The translations under genes were made by a program, and so were the position numbers. DNA of 64,000 bases, from positions 30,059-94,058 of IMG/VR virus record IMGVR_UViG_3300045391_002864; one strand, given 5' to 3'. Positions 1 to 9,326 of the stretch are shown here, one piece after another. Numbering within the stretch: position 1 is the stretch's first letter; the number at the start of each line of letters is the position of its first letter. Under the pieces are notes generated by a model, which was given only the letters and a program-made list of their open reading frames with translations, was not told the DNA's origin and did not search any database. The stretch is from a virus.

Positions 1-159
1 TGAGGGCGAGTTCGCCTGGGGCGCGACAGAGCCCGGCACGAGCACGACGGAGTGCGCGTTTACGGCCGGATGCGCGATCACGGGCGGGGTATAATCAGGG
101 TGATCCTCATCGATCGTAGGGACATCGATGTGCGGAACTTCAACGAAGACGTCGACCAT
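1..159 (-). CDS. Hypothetical protein, runs off window edge (head module)
   Basis: ATG at 159 just after portal stop, open to window edge (MVDVFVEVPHIDVPT...). Confidence 0.6.
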   Translation of the reverse strand, partial: MVDVFVEVPHIDVPTIDEDHPDYTPPVIAHPAVNAHSVVLVPGSVAPQANSPS

Positions 160-163
160 CTTG

Positions 164-1837
164 CTAGCTCTTTCCTTTTTCAGATGCAGAATCACGCCGG
201 ACACCGCTCACGGCACCGTGCGCCTCTGACTTCGCGGGATCGCGCTTCTCGCCCGTTTTGGCTCCACGGTCCTTCTCGTCATCGGCATTGCCGCTATCGT
301 CTACGCCGAGCGCGGCCTTCAGTACAATGCTTGCAAGGGTGGTGAAGGCGCCGGTCTGATTGGAGTCGGTCGGGCATAGGCCCATCAGCTTGCCGAGCAG
401 CTTGAACTCTTTCGGGTACAGGCTTTCGGTGGGCGGAAGATCGGCCATGGCGCGGCGCTCGTCCTGCGTCTGCGCCTGGGAGCGGGCTTCGTATTCTCGC
501 GCATCTTCTTTGGGGTTTTTGCCGCAGAAGGTGAAGCGAAACTCCGGCCACCGGCTCCACAAGATGGGGTTGATGTGGTTTTCAAGCGAGATCAGCAGAG
601 GAGACAGGCCGGGATCGTCGTCGCCGATCATAGCTGTGCTCTGGTCCGGCGGCGGAGCGGAATCAGTCGTGCCGCCGGACGGATGATAGCCGAGGCGCTG
701 TGGCGGGAAGTTCCAAGTCGCGCAGAACACGCCGGCGACGAGGTTCATATGATCTTTGTAGAAAATATCGGTCCCTTTGAGGTCTTTCAGCGACATGATC
801 TCCATGTTGCCGTCCTTCGGGACATTGATCGCAGGGAAGGTCCAGGCTTTGGAAATCCCCTTCTTCATGTTGTTCCAGGCGCGCGTCAGAAGATCGACTT
901 GGCGCTGCGTCCAGTAATCCCCCTTCAACAGCAGAATGCCTTGCGGCAGCGTGGATTTATCGAACGTGTCGCTGTTGAAGTTCAGGGCGTTCTCGAACGC
1001 GCCAATCATCTTGATTGACTGCCCGGCCTCGGGGTAGCCGTAGCCGGCGACTTCCGGGTCGGTGCGCGGGTTGCGGACGCTCCAGTTCAGTTCGCCGCGC
1101 GTGAAGGACTCGCGAGGGTTGTTCGTGTCGTCGATCAGCACCGCGAATTTTGATGGGTCGCCGTTGAAGCCCTCGCGCGTGCAGAGGCGGATCAGGTAGG
1201 AGGGCAGGGCGGCAAATGCGACGACGCGGCCGGCGTTGTCGCGCTGTGTCCATGTCGCCATGCCATCGAAGCGCATGCTGTCGCGGACCAGCATGCGCAG
1301 ATAAGTGTCGAACGACGAGAGATGCATTTCATCGCGCTCGACCGTCTGCGTCATCCCGGTCTCGATGTTGCAGTTCAGAAGAAACGCTTCGGCTTTCCGC
1401 ATCTCGCGCCGCTGCGACTCCGTCATGTGCGCGCTGCCGTCGATCATCTCCAGGCGCCAGCCGGGTTTCCAGGGCTGAGCCGAGATACGGCTATAGCGCA
1501 CCACGTCATTGACGCGCATCTGCACGATCATCTTCGGCGCGAAATTCTCGTCGCAAACTTTCTTCAGGGAGCGTGGATCAATGCCGGGCCACTCGACGAT
1601 GTTCTTGCCGGAAATCGTCGGCATGTACGAAATGGTGCCGTAGGACTGCGCACTCGGAACTGCCTCGACGGCTTTGGAAAGCGCATCGGCGTGTCGGAAG
1701 AATGAATCCTCGTCGAAAATCGTGCTGCCCATCAGGGACGACTTGAACGTCGGGAGTTTTGCCGAGGTATGGACGACGCCAGACATCGCGTCGACATCCC
1801 ATCCGTTCGGATCGTATGGTTCCCGGTATTCGCTCAT
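164..1837 (-). CDS. Phage portal protein
   Basis: Follows TerL with TGATG overlap (start MSEYREP at 1837); NPRTD..GYGYP, LPQGILLLKG, F.P.RLG portal-like motifs. Confidence 0.85.
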   Translation of the reverse strand: MSEYREPYDPNGWDVDAMSGVVHTSAKLPTFKSSLMGSTIFDEDSFFRHADALSKAVEAVPSAQSYGTISYMPTISGKNIVEWPGIDPRSLKKVCDENFAPKMIVQMRVNDVVRYSRISAQPWKPGWRLEMIDGSAHMTESQRREMRKAEAFLLNCNIETGMTQTVERDEMHLSSFDTYLRMLVRDSMRFDGMATWTQRDNAGRVVAFAALPSYLIRLCTREGFNGDPSKFAVLIDDTNNPRESFTRGELNWSVRNPRTDPEVAGYGYPEAGQSIKMIGAFENALNFNSDTFDKSTLPQGILLLKGDYWTQRQVDLLTRAWNNMKKGISKAWTFPAINVPKDGNMEIMSLKDLKGTDIFYKDHMNLVAGVFCATWNFPPQRLGYHPSGGTTDSAPPPDQSTAMIGDDDPGLSPLLISLENHINPILWSRWPEFRFTFCGKNPKEDAREYEARSQAQTQDERRAMADLPPTESLYPKEFKLLGKLMGLCPTDSNQTGAFTTLASIVLKAALGVDDSGNADDEKDRGAKTGEKRDPAKSEAHGAVSGVRRDSASEKGKS

Positions 1838-3726
1838 CAAAAACCACGTCCTAGCATCTGGAGTGCGCCCCGCTCGCGATAATCCCAACAGGAGTCGAAC
1901 GGGATGGCCGCGCGCTTGTGAAGGCCACACCAGTTCCTTACACCGGGTTGCCCAGGTTTCCCGTGACCATGCCACATCTCACATGTGCCGCAGGCGTTAT
2001 AGAGCGGATGTTCGGATAGATCGGAGCCGAGCTTCGCGATCTCCTCCAGCACATTCACCGGCCTGCCCTCTTCAATCTCGTCCGGCGATGCAGCTGCCAG
2101 AGCATCGCTGCTGGGTAGTCGAGCCATGCCGACACCGGCCTCGATCGCGTGTGCGATCAGGTAGACGGTGGCGTCGACTTGGTCTTTCCTGCCGGCACGT
2201 GTGCCGGAGAACTCCAAAAACTCTGTCGTGTACGCCTTGCCCCAGGCAGCGCCGTCCAGAAGCACGACGCGGTGCTGACGGAACCAGCCTTGCACAGAGG
2301 CGTGGGAGCCGCCCACGGCGTCGACAGCGCGGTCCATTTTGCCGTCCTTGGCTGTCACACCACGGATCGGGATGCCGCTGCTGATGAAGGACTGTAGCAG
2401 CTGAATGCCGGACGATCTGTTCTCGACAAGGACCAGCTGCGGTTGCCATAGCCCGTTCTGCTTTCGGAAGGCATTCGATAGCTCGCCGAAGTCGAGCTTT
2501 TCGCGCAGTACGTCGACGACGTACACGCGGTTATGGCGCTCGCATTGGCCGACGACCTTTTCATCCTCGCCGCGCCACCATTGATCAGACGGGACGAGAA
2601 TGCCTGTCACACAGACCGAATAGGCGCTGTCGGACGACTTACCGGCCGCCGTATCCCATACTTGGATCACTGTGCCCTGCGTGCGCTCGATAAAGCCGCG
2701 CACGGCCGGCGAGTGGATGCCGAGGGCTGCATCCGCTGGGCTGACGTCGCGGAACGTGATAAAGTCGGCGTCCTCGAAAACCGGATTCTCTCTGACGTTC
2801 GGGTTGCACTGATACACGGCTTCAGCGAGGGCGGGTGTCGCACGCTTGATGCTCTCGAACTCGCTCCGCTTTGACTTAGACCCAGGCCAGTAGAAGCCCT
2901 TCCCAGTGTGGTCGACGCCGTAATACGCCTTGTATTTGACGTACGGTTTGTCCGGGTCTTGGCCGGGAAGTGGTGTCAGATTCTCGCTGAACCAACACGG
3001 CATCGGCGAGCCATCTTCCAGCTTCGGCACTTTGACGTCATGCCATAGCTCATGCGAGCCCTTGCGCTCCGCCGGGCACTCCAGCACGACCCAGTCGCCA
3101 GATTCGATCAGCGCACCGTACACGTCCGCGCGGTTGAAGCGCCGACCGGACAGGACGTACCGGGCGCCTCGCGGATCGGCGCGGCCGAGGATGGTGTTAT
3201 AGAACGTGTCGACGACCTTCTGGCACTGCTCCGCTGACGCCGAGTTGTCCTTGTTGTGCAAGTCATCCATGATGATCTCGCGACCATGGAGACCCGTGAG
3301 CGTTCGGCTATCGATGCCGACGCCGATAAAACTGGCGTCCGGGTCGCCCGCCGCATGCCCGGTGACGTAGAGGCCCTTTTCGGTCGACCAGCCGCGCTTC
3401 TTGTCTGGCGTGACTTCTGGATAGAGCTTACGGAATGCTTTGTCCGTCTCGATGATTTCGCCGATGGCCTCTTGGAAGCCCTTAACGAGTCCTTCGCCCG
3501 CGCTAATGGCGATGATCGTGGTATCGGGCTGCTCGCCCAGGCGCCACGCCGGATATACCTGAGAGGTTATGGTGGACTTACCCGTGCCCGGCGGGCCAAT
3601 CAGGATCAGCTTGTTGATGCGGAAATCTTCAAGCGCGAGGCAGACATGGATGTGATGCGGCGCGATCGAGAAGCCGCGATCCTTGTAAATCGCATTGTAG
3701 AAGCCGGACAAGCTGTTTTTGAGCAT
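1837..3726 (-). CDS. terL: Terminase large subunit
   Basis: Walker A GPPGTGKS, Walker B IIMDD, nuclease motifs WDTA, VENRSSG, DQVDA. Confidence 0.93.
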   Translation of the reverse strand: MLKNSLSGFYNAIYKDRGFSIAPHHIHVCLALEDFRINKLILIGPPGTGKSTITSQVYPAWRLGEQPDTTIIAISAGEGLVKGFQEAIGEIIETDKAFRKLYPEVTPDKKRGWSTEKGLYVTGHAAGDPDASFIGVGIDSRTLTGLHGREIIMDDLHNKDNSASAEQCQKVVDTFYNTILGRADPRGARYVLSGRRFNRADVYGALIESGDWVVLECPAERKGSHELWHDVKVPKLEDGSPMPCWFSENLTPLPGQDPDKPYVKYKAYYGVDHTGKGFYWPGSKSKRSEFESIKRATPALAEAVYQCNPNVRENPVFEDADFITFRDVSPADAALGIHSPAVRGFIERTQGTVIQVWDTAAGKSSDSAYSVCVTGILVPSDQWWRGEDEKVVGQCERHNRVYVVDVLREKLDFGELSNAFRKQNGLWQPQLVLVENRSSGIQLLQSFISSGIPIRGVTAKDGKMDRAVDAVGGSHASVQGWFRQHRVVLLDGAAWGKAYTTEFLEFSGTRAGRKDQVDATVYLIAHAIEAGVGMARLPSSDALAAASPDEIEEGRPVNVLEEIAKLGSDLSEHPLYNACGTCEMWHGHGKPGQPGVRNWCGLHKRAAIPFDSCWDYRERGALQMLGRGF

Positions 3727-3759
3727 GCCCGGCTATTACGGCCGGTCTGTGAAGTGCCC

Positions 3760-4572
3760 CTAGACCACGGATGAGAATCGCGTCGTCGCCGTCGCACCGA
3801 ATTTCAGGAGCTTCTTCATCGCGGCTTGGTGGAGTTGGGCGACACCCTGCTTCGTGCCGCCGAGCGCTGCCGCGATGACCGAAAATGGCTCCTCTCTGAA
3901 ATCGTGCCGGATGACGATGTGGCGCTGGCGCTCGGTTAGTGTGCCGAGGGCTTCCTGCACTAGCCGGCGTTGATCTTCCGCATAGACGGCGTCCTCTGCG
4001 GACTCATCCTCTGATGGAATCTCGTCGCAGACGGTCGTGTCGCCATCTGCAGCTACCATTTCGCTCGCGGATGTCTCATTTTGCGCGTTAAGCGCACTGC
4101 GCAGATCGCTTTCTGCGACCCCCAGCACTGCAGCGATCTCGGCGTCTGTCGCGGCATCGCCGAGTTTCTCCCGTGCCTTGCTGATGTTTTTGAGCGTACG
4201 CTGATAGGCGCTGGCCAGCTTCACAGAAAGAGCGGATGAGTTCTGTATCGCGTATTCATGGATCGATGTTAACGCCCATCCGATGGCATACGTGCCAAAC
4301 CCCGAGGCATGCTCTTTGGTGTGTGTATCGAGAGCGCGCAGTATCCCGGCGATCCCGGCCTGCACGAAGTCCTGCACCTCATCATGGCGCCCGTAGCGCT
4401 TGTGCTGGAGTCGTGCAATCCTCACGACGGCGGGCGTATAAGCCTTCACGATTTCGCCTTGCGCTCGCTTGTCACCGCTCGTTTGCCACTTCTCGACGAG
4501 GGCTGATATCTCGTATGCTTTGTAGTTTCGGGTTCGCTTCGAAATCGATCGGATGTAGGTGTCATCAGACAT
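3760..4572 (-). CDS. Sigma70-family RNA polymerase sigma factor
   Basis: Region 2 DFVQAGIAGILRALD..FGTYA.GW; region 4 LTERQRHIV..IAAALGGTKQGVAQL. Confidence 0.88.
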   Translation of the reverse strand: MSDDTYIRSISKRTRNYKAYEISALVEKWQTSGDKRAQGEIVKAYTPAVVRIARLQHKRYGRHDEVQDFVQAGIAGILRALDTHTKEHASGFGTYAIGWALTSIHEYAIQNSSALSVKLASAYQRTLKNISKAREKLGDAATDAEIAAVLGVAESDLRSALNAQNETSASEMVAADGDTTVCDEIPSEDESAEDAVYAEDQRRLVQEALGTLTERQRHIVIRHDFREEPFSVIAAALGGTKQGVAQLHQAAMKKLLKFGATATTRFSSVV

Positions 4573-4591
4573 GTTGCAACTTCATCAAAGT

Positions 4592-4625
4592 AAAAGGGCC
4601 GGGCGCGTGATAGCGACCGGCCCTT
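4592..4625 (-). terminator. Hairpin plus U-tract immediately upstream of sigma gene
   Basis: aagggccgg / ccggccctt stem with a T run on the minus strand. Confidence 0.45.
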
Positions 4626-4655
4626 GTTAACGTCAATAGCGCTAGCAGAAGTTTT

Positions 4656-4820
4656 TTAAGCCACCTCGACGCTAACCCCATAGATGTCACGCAATGTCGC
4701 GACGATCTCGGGCTCGCGCGCCCGAAGCCGCTCCAGTTCGAGGCGCAACGCATCGATTTTCTGCTCGCGCGTCATCTCGGGCACTTCGGGGACGGTGTAT
4801 GCAGTGCGTCGGCGCCGCAT
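4656..4820 (-). CDS. Small hypothetical protein (54 aa)
   Basis: Manually read ORF MRRRRTAYTVPEVPEMTREQKID..., directly after GapR stop. Confidence 0.6.
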   Translation of the reverse strand: MRRRRTAYTVPEVPEMTREQKIDALRLELERLRAREPEIVATLRDIYGVSVEVA

Positions 4821-4822
4821 AG

Positions 4823-5287
4823 TCACATGCCCAGCGCGCGGCGATAGACGTCCAGAAGCGTCTCCTGTTCCTCGATCTCGGCCGGGTCTTTCCCGCGCAA
4901 CCGCAGGAGAGCGCGAAGCACCTTCACATCGAAGCCGGCAGACTTCGCTTCCGAGAAAATATCCTTGATATCCGAGCCGAGGGCCTTGCGCTCCTCTTCC
5001 AAGCGTTCGATGCGCTCGACGATGCTGCGCAGGCGGTTGGCCGCAACATTGGTTGGCTTCTCGTCGGTGGTGGTGTCGATCATGGGCTTCGTGTCTCCAG
5101 AGTTATCGCCGATCGCGGCGGCGGGTACGCCCAGTTCTTCCATTGTCACGGCGCCTTTCAGCGGCTTCATGGTCGAGGTCTGGATGAGGTAGTAATAGGC
5201 GTCGTACTCGGAATCCGCCGGGCGATACTCGATGTGAGTATCCTCCTCGCGGTTGACGAACCGGCCATTGATGCGTTGCCAAGCCAT
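4823..5287 (-). CDS. gapR: GapR/DUF2312 nucleoid-associated protein with N-terminal extension
   Basis: LRSIVERIERLEEERKALGSDIKDIFSEAKSAGFDVKVLRALLRLR..EQETLLDVYRRALGM. Confidence 0.92.
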   Translation of the reverse strand: MAWQRINGRFVNREEDTHIEYRPADSEYDAYYYLIQTSTMKPLKGAVTMEELGVPAAAIGDNSGDTKPMIDTTTDEKPTNVAANRLRSIVERIERLEEERKALGSDIKDIFSEAKSAGFDVKVLRALLRLRGKDPAEIEEQETLLDVYRRALGM

Positions 5288-5544
5288 TATGCTGCCATCC
5301 TCATTGCAATGGGTGTTCCGCCTGTCGGCGGGGGCGGGGCGACCGGGCTCGCCGGCTCCATGGCGAGGACGCGCGCGGCGAGGCCGTTGATCTCCGCCAG
5401 CCGGCCGAGAGTCAGGTCCGGGTACTCCCGGCAGAACGCGGACAGGCGCGCCACGTCGCGGGCGTTGACGTGCCCGTGGGGCTGGGTCGGGGCCTTGGCG
5501 ACTATGTCAGCAAGGGCCACGTCCCCGTTTTCCCGTGCATCCAT
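5287..5544 (-). CDS. Hypothetical protein
   Basis: Translationally coupled ORF in operon. Confidence 0.65.
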   Translation of the reverse strand: MDARENGDVALADIVAKAPTQPHGHVNARDVARLSAFCREYPDLTLGRLAEINGLAARVLAMEPASPVAPPPPTGGTPIAMRMAA

Positions 5545-5814
5545 TTACCGGCCGACGCCCAGGTGGATCAGCAGCCACGTAATGAAGAGCAAGATTGTCC
5601 AGGTGAATGCCTTCTGGCCTTCACTGAGCTTCGAATCAGCCTTGGGGTGCTGAACGACGATCCCCAGCAGGCCGATAATCATGAATAGGCGCCAGAAGCC
5701 GAAGTGGAGCCCCAGGTAGTCGAACAAGCCCAGCTGGAGGATATACACGCGGAAGAACGAGTTGAAGACCTGCAACGCGAACGCGGTCAGGCAGGCGACG
5801 AAGCGGATAAACAC
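5545..5814 (-). CDS. Small membrane protein
   Basis: Three hydrophobic segments; coupled to neighbours. Confidence 0.7.
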   Translation of the reverse strand: MFIRFVACLTAFALQVFNSFFRVYILQLGLFDYLGLHFGFWRLFMIIGLLGIVVQHPKADSKLSEGQKAFTWTILLFITWLLIHLGVGR

Positions 5815-6581
5815 TATGCGAATTCCTTTTGGTGGATGGAGTTGACGGCGGCCAGGACCGCGTCGACGCTGATCTCGCGCATTGTCGGGCCGCGCACATG
5901 GACGCCATGGCGGGTCTCCGCGAACATCGGCGGCACGGTGCCCGGATAAAGCAGGACGTGCTCGCGCTTCTGTAGAAGCTGAGCGAGATGGCTGATCCCG
6001 GTATCGATCGTGATGAGCGCGGCAGCATTGACGACGATATCGGTAACGTGCCCCATGTTGAAACCCACGATCGCAGTCGCGCCGGCTTCCTCGTACGGCG
6101 TGGTGTCGTCCTCGTGCGCACCGAGTACGAGCACGCTGCCGTCCAGCCGCGAGATCAGTTGCTGCCAGTGCTCGACGGGCCAGACCTTATTGCCGGCGAT
6201 GTCTGTGCGGCTGAACGGCGCAACCGCGTAGTCGAATAAGTACGCAAATTCCGAGTGCTTGGCAGGGAAAGGGAGATCGACGGGCATTTCGAGCCCGTTG
6301 TAGGTGAAATGTGCTTCAGACATGTGCAGGCGCCAATCGGAATCCTGAGCAGCCCCCCATGCGCGCGTCGGGCTCACTTCGACGGTGCGGGCGCAGAAGG
6401 GCGCACCATCCTGATCGAATTGGAACTTTTCAGGCCACCAGACGCCCTCGCGCACCCAGGCGTTGAAGCCTGGGCCGACGAATGCGTACTCGCCGTCCTG
6501 CTCCTGCGCATGAATCATGAACGGAACTGCAGCGAGGGCGTCGCCGATCAGGCCGCAGCTTTTAGCATCGAAATAGATCAT
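5814..6581 (-). CDS. Glycosyltransferase family 9 (heptosyltransferase-like)
   Basis: IGDAL.A.P, K.WP.EHWQQL, ITIDTGISHLA..L....VLLY motifs. Confidence 0.75.
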   Translation of the reverse strand: MIYFDAKSCGLIGDALAAVPFMIHAQEQDGEYAFVGPGFNAWVREGVWWPEKFQFDQDGAPFCARTVEVSPTRAWGAAQDSDWRLHMSEAHFTYNGLEMPVDLPFPAKHSEFAYLFDYAVAPFSRTDIAGNKVWPVEHWQQLISRLDGSVLVLGAHEDDTTPYEEAGATAIVGFNMGHVTDIVVNAAALITIDTGISHLAQLLQKREHVLLYPGTVPPMFAETRHGVHVRGPTMREISVDAVLAAVNSIHQKEFA

Positions 6582-6587
6582 AGGTGC

Positions 6588-6836
6588 TCAGTGCAGCGCT
6601 GGATCGACGTCTTGATCGGCGTCATTTCCGGTGTCGATCACGTAGCGGAGAACCTTGCACATGTCCTCGGCCTTTTGCTTGCCGATGATGAATGTCCCAT
6701 GCACCTCGAAATTCCCCGGACTGATGACTTCGGTTAAGACGATCTTCACCTCGCCATCGGGCATACGGAGCAGCAGGAATCCGTTTACGAAAATGGCCGG
6801 CTCTGCCAGCAAATCACTCGGGTCCATCTCAGGCAT
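6588..6836 (-). CDS. Hypothetical protein
   Basis: ORF in operon orientation. Confidence 0.65.
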   Translation of the reverse strand: MPEMDPSDLLAEPAIFVNGFLLLRMPDGEVKIVLTEVISPGNFEVHGTFIIGKQKAEDMCKVLRYVIDTGNDADQDVDPALH

Positions 6837-6924
6837 GCCTTTCAGTTACTGACAATGCCCTTAACGCTAGCCGGCAGGTGACGTCAAGGCGTTGCTTCCC
6901 GCAGCGCCTCGACCGTCATCGCGC

Positions 6925-7152
6925 TCATTGCGAAGCGCGACCTACACTCAGGTTGTCGTCGGCATCGCCGATCAGGGCGGCATCGAGCACGTCCAGAAGA
7001 TCACAGGCTTTGGTGTGAATCGCCTTGACGTCCGCCCCTTCAGAAAGGGCCTCAAACGACCCTTGGATATGACCGGCCGATTCCGCGTCTTGAACCGCCG
7101 AAAGGAATCCAGCTGTGGCTTTCGCAACCGTCTTAATCTGATTGATATTCAT
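6925..7152 (-). CDS. Hypothetical protein
   Basis: Start MNINQIK with AAGGA RBS. Confidence 0.6.
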   Translation of the reverse strand: MNINQIKTVAKATAGFLSAVQDAESAGHIQGSFEALSEGADVKAIHTKACDLLDVLDAALIGDADDNLSVGRASQ

Positions 7153-7287
7153 AGAACGTAGTGATCCTTTTAGTGACAATAGCAGTATTGAGGTCGCATG
7201 CCTGTGCACAATAGTCAACGCAGTGTGGAGACCTGCTCACATAATTTTATAGGTTGTGCCTGTGAAAAAGAAATTATTCCGGCTCCC

Positions 7288-7331
7288 TTGACGGAGCGCG
7301 GAAGGAGTCTTATGGCAGCGACATTGTCGCT
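7288..7331 (+). promoter_or_regulatory. Sigma70-like promoter TTGACG-N17-TATGGC overlapped by perfect palindrome AGCGACATTGTCGCT
   Basis: Read directly; points into the ORF-free structured region. Confidence 0.55.
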
Positions 7332-7605
7332 AATGGTGCTGTCAGGTTGGCGTAAGGATTACTAGGCTTGGATACGGGTTACTCCGCCGCCTGCACGTCC
7401 GCAGGCGGTGCCTTGTTACTTCAAGACTGGGCTTTTGCTGCACTGCAAGCAAAAGAGGCCGGAGTGAATGAGAAAATATACTGACCCTCACGTTTTGGGC
7501 CGAATGCCGCGCTAGATTGCGACGAGAGGAACAGACTCTCGTACTAGCGTCGGCCCATTTTTCGGTGGCGGACCCCGATAATCTCTATCTACAGTGCCGC
7601 CGCGT
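7325..7605 (+). ncRNA. Candidate structured non-coding RNA (~280 nt), family unknown
   Basis: Eight nested stems; G-U pairs favour the + strand; no ORF; upstream promoter. Confidence 0.55.
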
Positions 7606-7619
7606 TAGTGTCAATGTCG

Positions 7620-7988
7620 CTAAAACTCCCATACAGGAACGCCGGCCGCCCTAGCTTTTGACACCATATCGGCCGTGCCACGCCCGCCAGCGAATGCAGC
7701 AACTGCGTCCGGCCGCTCCTGGCGTAGCATGAGACTGTTCCTGATAGGGCCGGCGGCATTGCCGTGTGTACTCCAGTCAGCAGTATATGGCCGCACGGAT
7801 ATACCGTTCAGCCGTGCCCAGGTATCCGCAATGATATCGGCACTCACCGTTCCGTCATCACCGAAGCGCGGCCGTGCATCTCCGTGAATGATGATACTGA
7901 TCGGAAACAGCGAATGCGTGAAGTCGAGCGCCCGGTGGAGGTATCCCCAGTCGGCATACGCCCGGCCGCCGCAGACGAGGAGCTTCAT
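7620..7988 (-). CDS. SLOG-family protein (DUF2493/YspA-like)
   Basis: KLLVCGGR.Y.D, IIIHGDA, ADW..HGNAAGPIRN..ML, AFAGGRGTADMV. Confidence 0.88.
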   Translation of the reverse strand: MKLLVCGGRAYADWGYLHRALDFTHSLFPISIIIHGDARPRFGDDGTVSADIIADTWARLNGISVRPYTADWSTHGNAAGPIRNSLMLRQERPDAVAAFAGGRGTADMVSKARAAGVPVWEF

Positions 7989-8272
7989 GGCGACCGCCAT
8001 AGCTCCGGCCACTCCACCAAATCAGCCCTGGCAACGATCGTGGCGCGGTCCCGATCAGCGAAAGCGAGTGCTGTCAGTTCGCCGTGCCCTGCCACGTGGC
8101 CCATAGGTCCGCACAGCTGCGCTAGCAGAGATGCCTCGATCTCCCGCTCGCATGTCTTGAATGCGGCATAAGTTACTCGATAAACGACGTCGTCCGTGAC
8201 CGGCATGCCGACGAACGGCTCCAGAGCGGCCTCCAGCCGCCCGACGATACCGAAGATATCATCCATCCTCAT
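7985..8272 (-). CDS. Hypothetical protein
   Basis: ATGA overlaps on both sides. Confidence 0.65.
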   Translation of the reverse strand: MRMDDIFGIVGRLEAALEPFVGMPVTDDVVYRVTYAAFKTCEREIEASLLAQLCGPMGHVAGHGELTALAFADRDRATIVARADLVEWPELWRSP

Positions 8273-9159
8273 GCCGCGTGCCGCGCTAGGACGTCCTGCA
8301 TGTCGCGGATCAGGCGTTCGACGGATGGCTCACGCCGCACCGCGTCCTGAATCGACCCGAAGTGCATCTCCAGACAGTTCATCAGGATTTCCTTCAGCGC
8401 GGCCTCATCTGGCGAGTGCGGCAGCGTCGAGGAGGCGTACGTGTTCTCCAGATGACGCTCTTTCTCCTCGAAATGCCGCTCGATCTGCTCCATCGTCCAT
8501 TCGCCGCGCCGGACGCTTTTCAGCTGCTCCCGATTACGCTCCAGATCTAGGTTGCCTTCGACCATGATCTGTTCGATTTCGTCGAGAAGCCGGACGACGT
8601 GATAGGCGAACTTGACGTCATAGCCGTACTTCGCGATGGACTCCGCGCGCGCAGGGTTCGTCGAGTTCGTCTTCGCCTTGATCTTATGCATCTGCGAGTA
8701 GGCATAGCCCCGGAACTTGTGCCACGCGCCTTTGTGTAGGAACTTGCGCCGGCTCTCGCGCACGATCTCCCCGACTGCCGTCGAGTGCATGACGCAGCGG
8801 CGCGGCGTGAACAGGCTGTCGATCATGTTCGGGTTGCATTCCATGCACAGTTGGAAATACCGAACGATGCTGAAGACCTGAATGTCGTACGTGATGTCGC
8901 GACCGTCCGGCGCCGGGATATGGTGTTGCTGCCACTGATTGAAGCGCTCCGGCTGGCGACCAAATCCGAAGATTTCGCCGGCCAGATGCGGGAACACGAC
9001 GTCCTTCGGCGGGATGCAAAAGCCGTACAGATCGACGTCGGAGCTATCGCCGGATACGCCGTACGAGACCGATCCCATGACCGTCAGATACTGACAGCTG
9101 TCGACGAGCCAGCGCGGCGTCTGGATAGCATTTGCGGAGCGCAGCTTCTGTAGGATCAT
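8269..9159 (-). CDS. Pol-beta superfamily nucleotidyltransferase (RlaP/PF10127-like)
   Basis: MGSVSYG....SDVDLYG, CNPNMIDSL, F.GYA..Q, YDVK.AYHVVRLL, L..VRRGE; start MILQK at 9159. Confidence 0.85.
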   Translation of the reverse strand: MILQKLRSANAIQTPRWLVDSCQYLTVMGSVSYGVSGDSSDVDLYGFCIPPKDVVFPHLAGEIFGFGRQPERFNQWQQHHIPAPDGRDITYDIQVFSIVRYFQLCMECNPNMIDSLFTPRRCVMHSTAVGEIVRESRRKFLHKGAWHKFRGYAYSQMHKIKAKTNSTNPARAESIAKYGYDVKFAYHVVRLLDEIEQIMVEGNLDLERNREQLKSVRRGEWTMEQIERHFEEKERHLENTYASSTLPHSPDEAALKEILMNCLEMHFGSIQDAVRREPSVERLIRDMQDVLARHAA

Positions 9160-9326
9160 TTGCACACCTCTCTGACGACGGTTGCGATGTCGTCCGGGTC
9201 CATGTCCGGCCAGCGCTCCAGGGCCTGCGCCATCGCAAGCGGCCATGTCGCGGCCTTTCCATTGGCCTCGCGCCGGGCTTTCCAGCCCCGGAGCGTGTTG
9301 ATGGCGCTTTTGACCTCCGGGCTCAT
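9156..9326 (-). CDS. Small hypothetical protein (56 aa)
   Basis: Manually read ORF MSPEVKSAINTLRGW..., ATGA overlaps on both ends. Confidence 0.6.
   Translation of the reverse strand: MSPEVKSAINTLRGWKARREANGKAATWPLAMAQALERWPDMDPDDIATVVREVCK

Noticed and set aside
7325-7605. tmRNA, RNase P, tRNA or retron identity for the structured RNA
   Set aside because: No T-arm/CCA end, tag peptide or GAGGAAAGUCC motif, and no reverse transcriptase in the window
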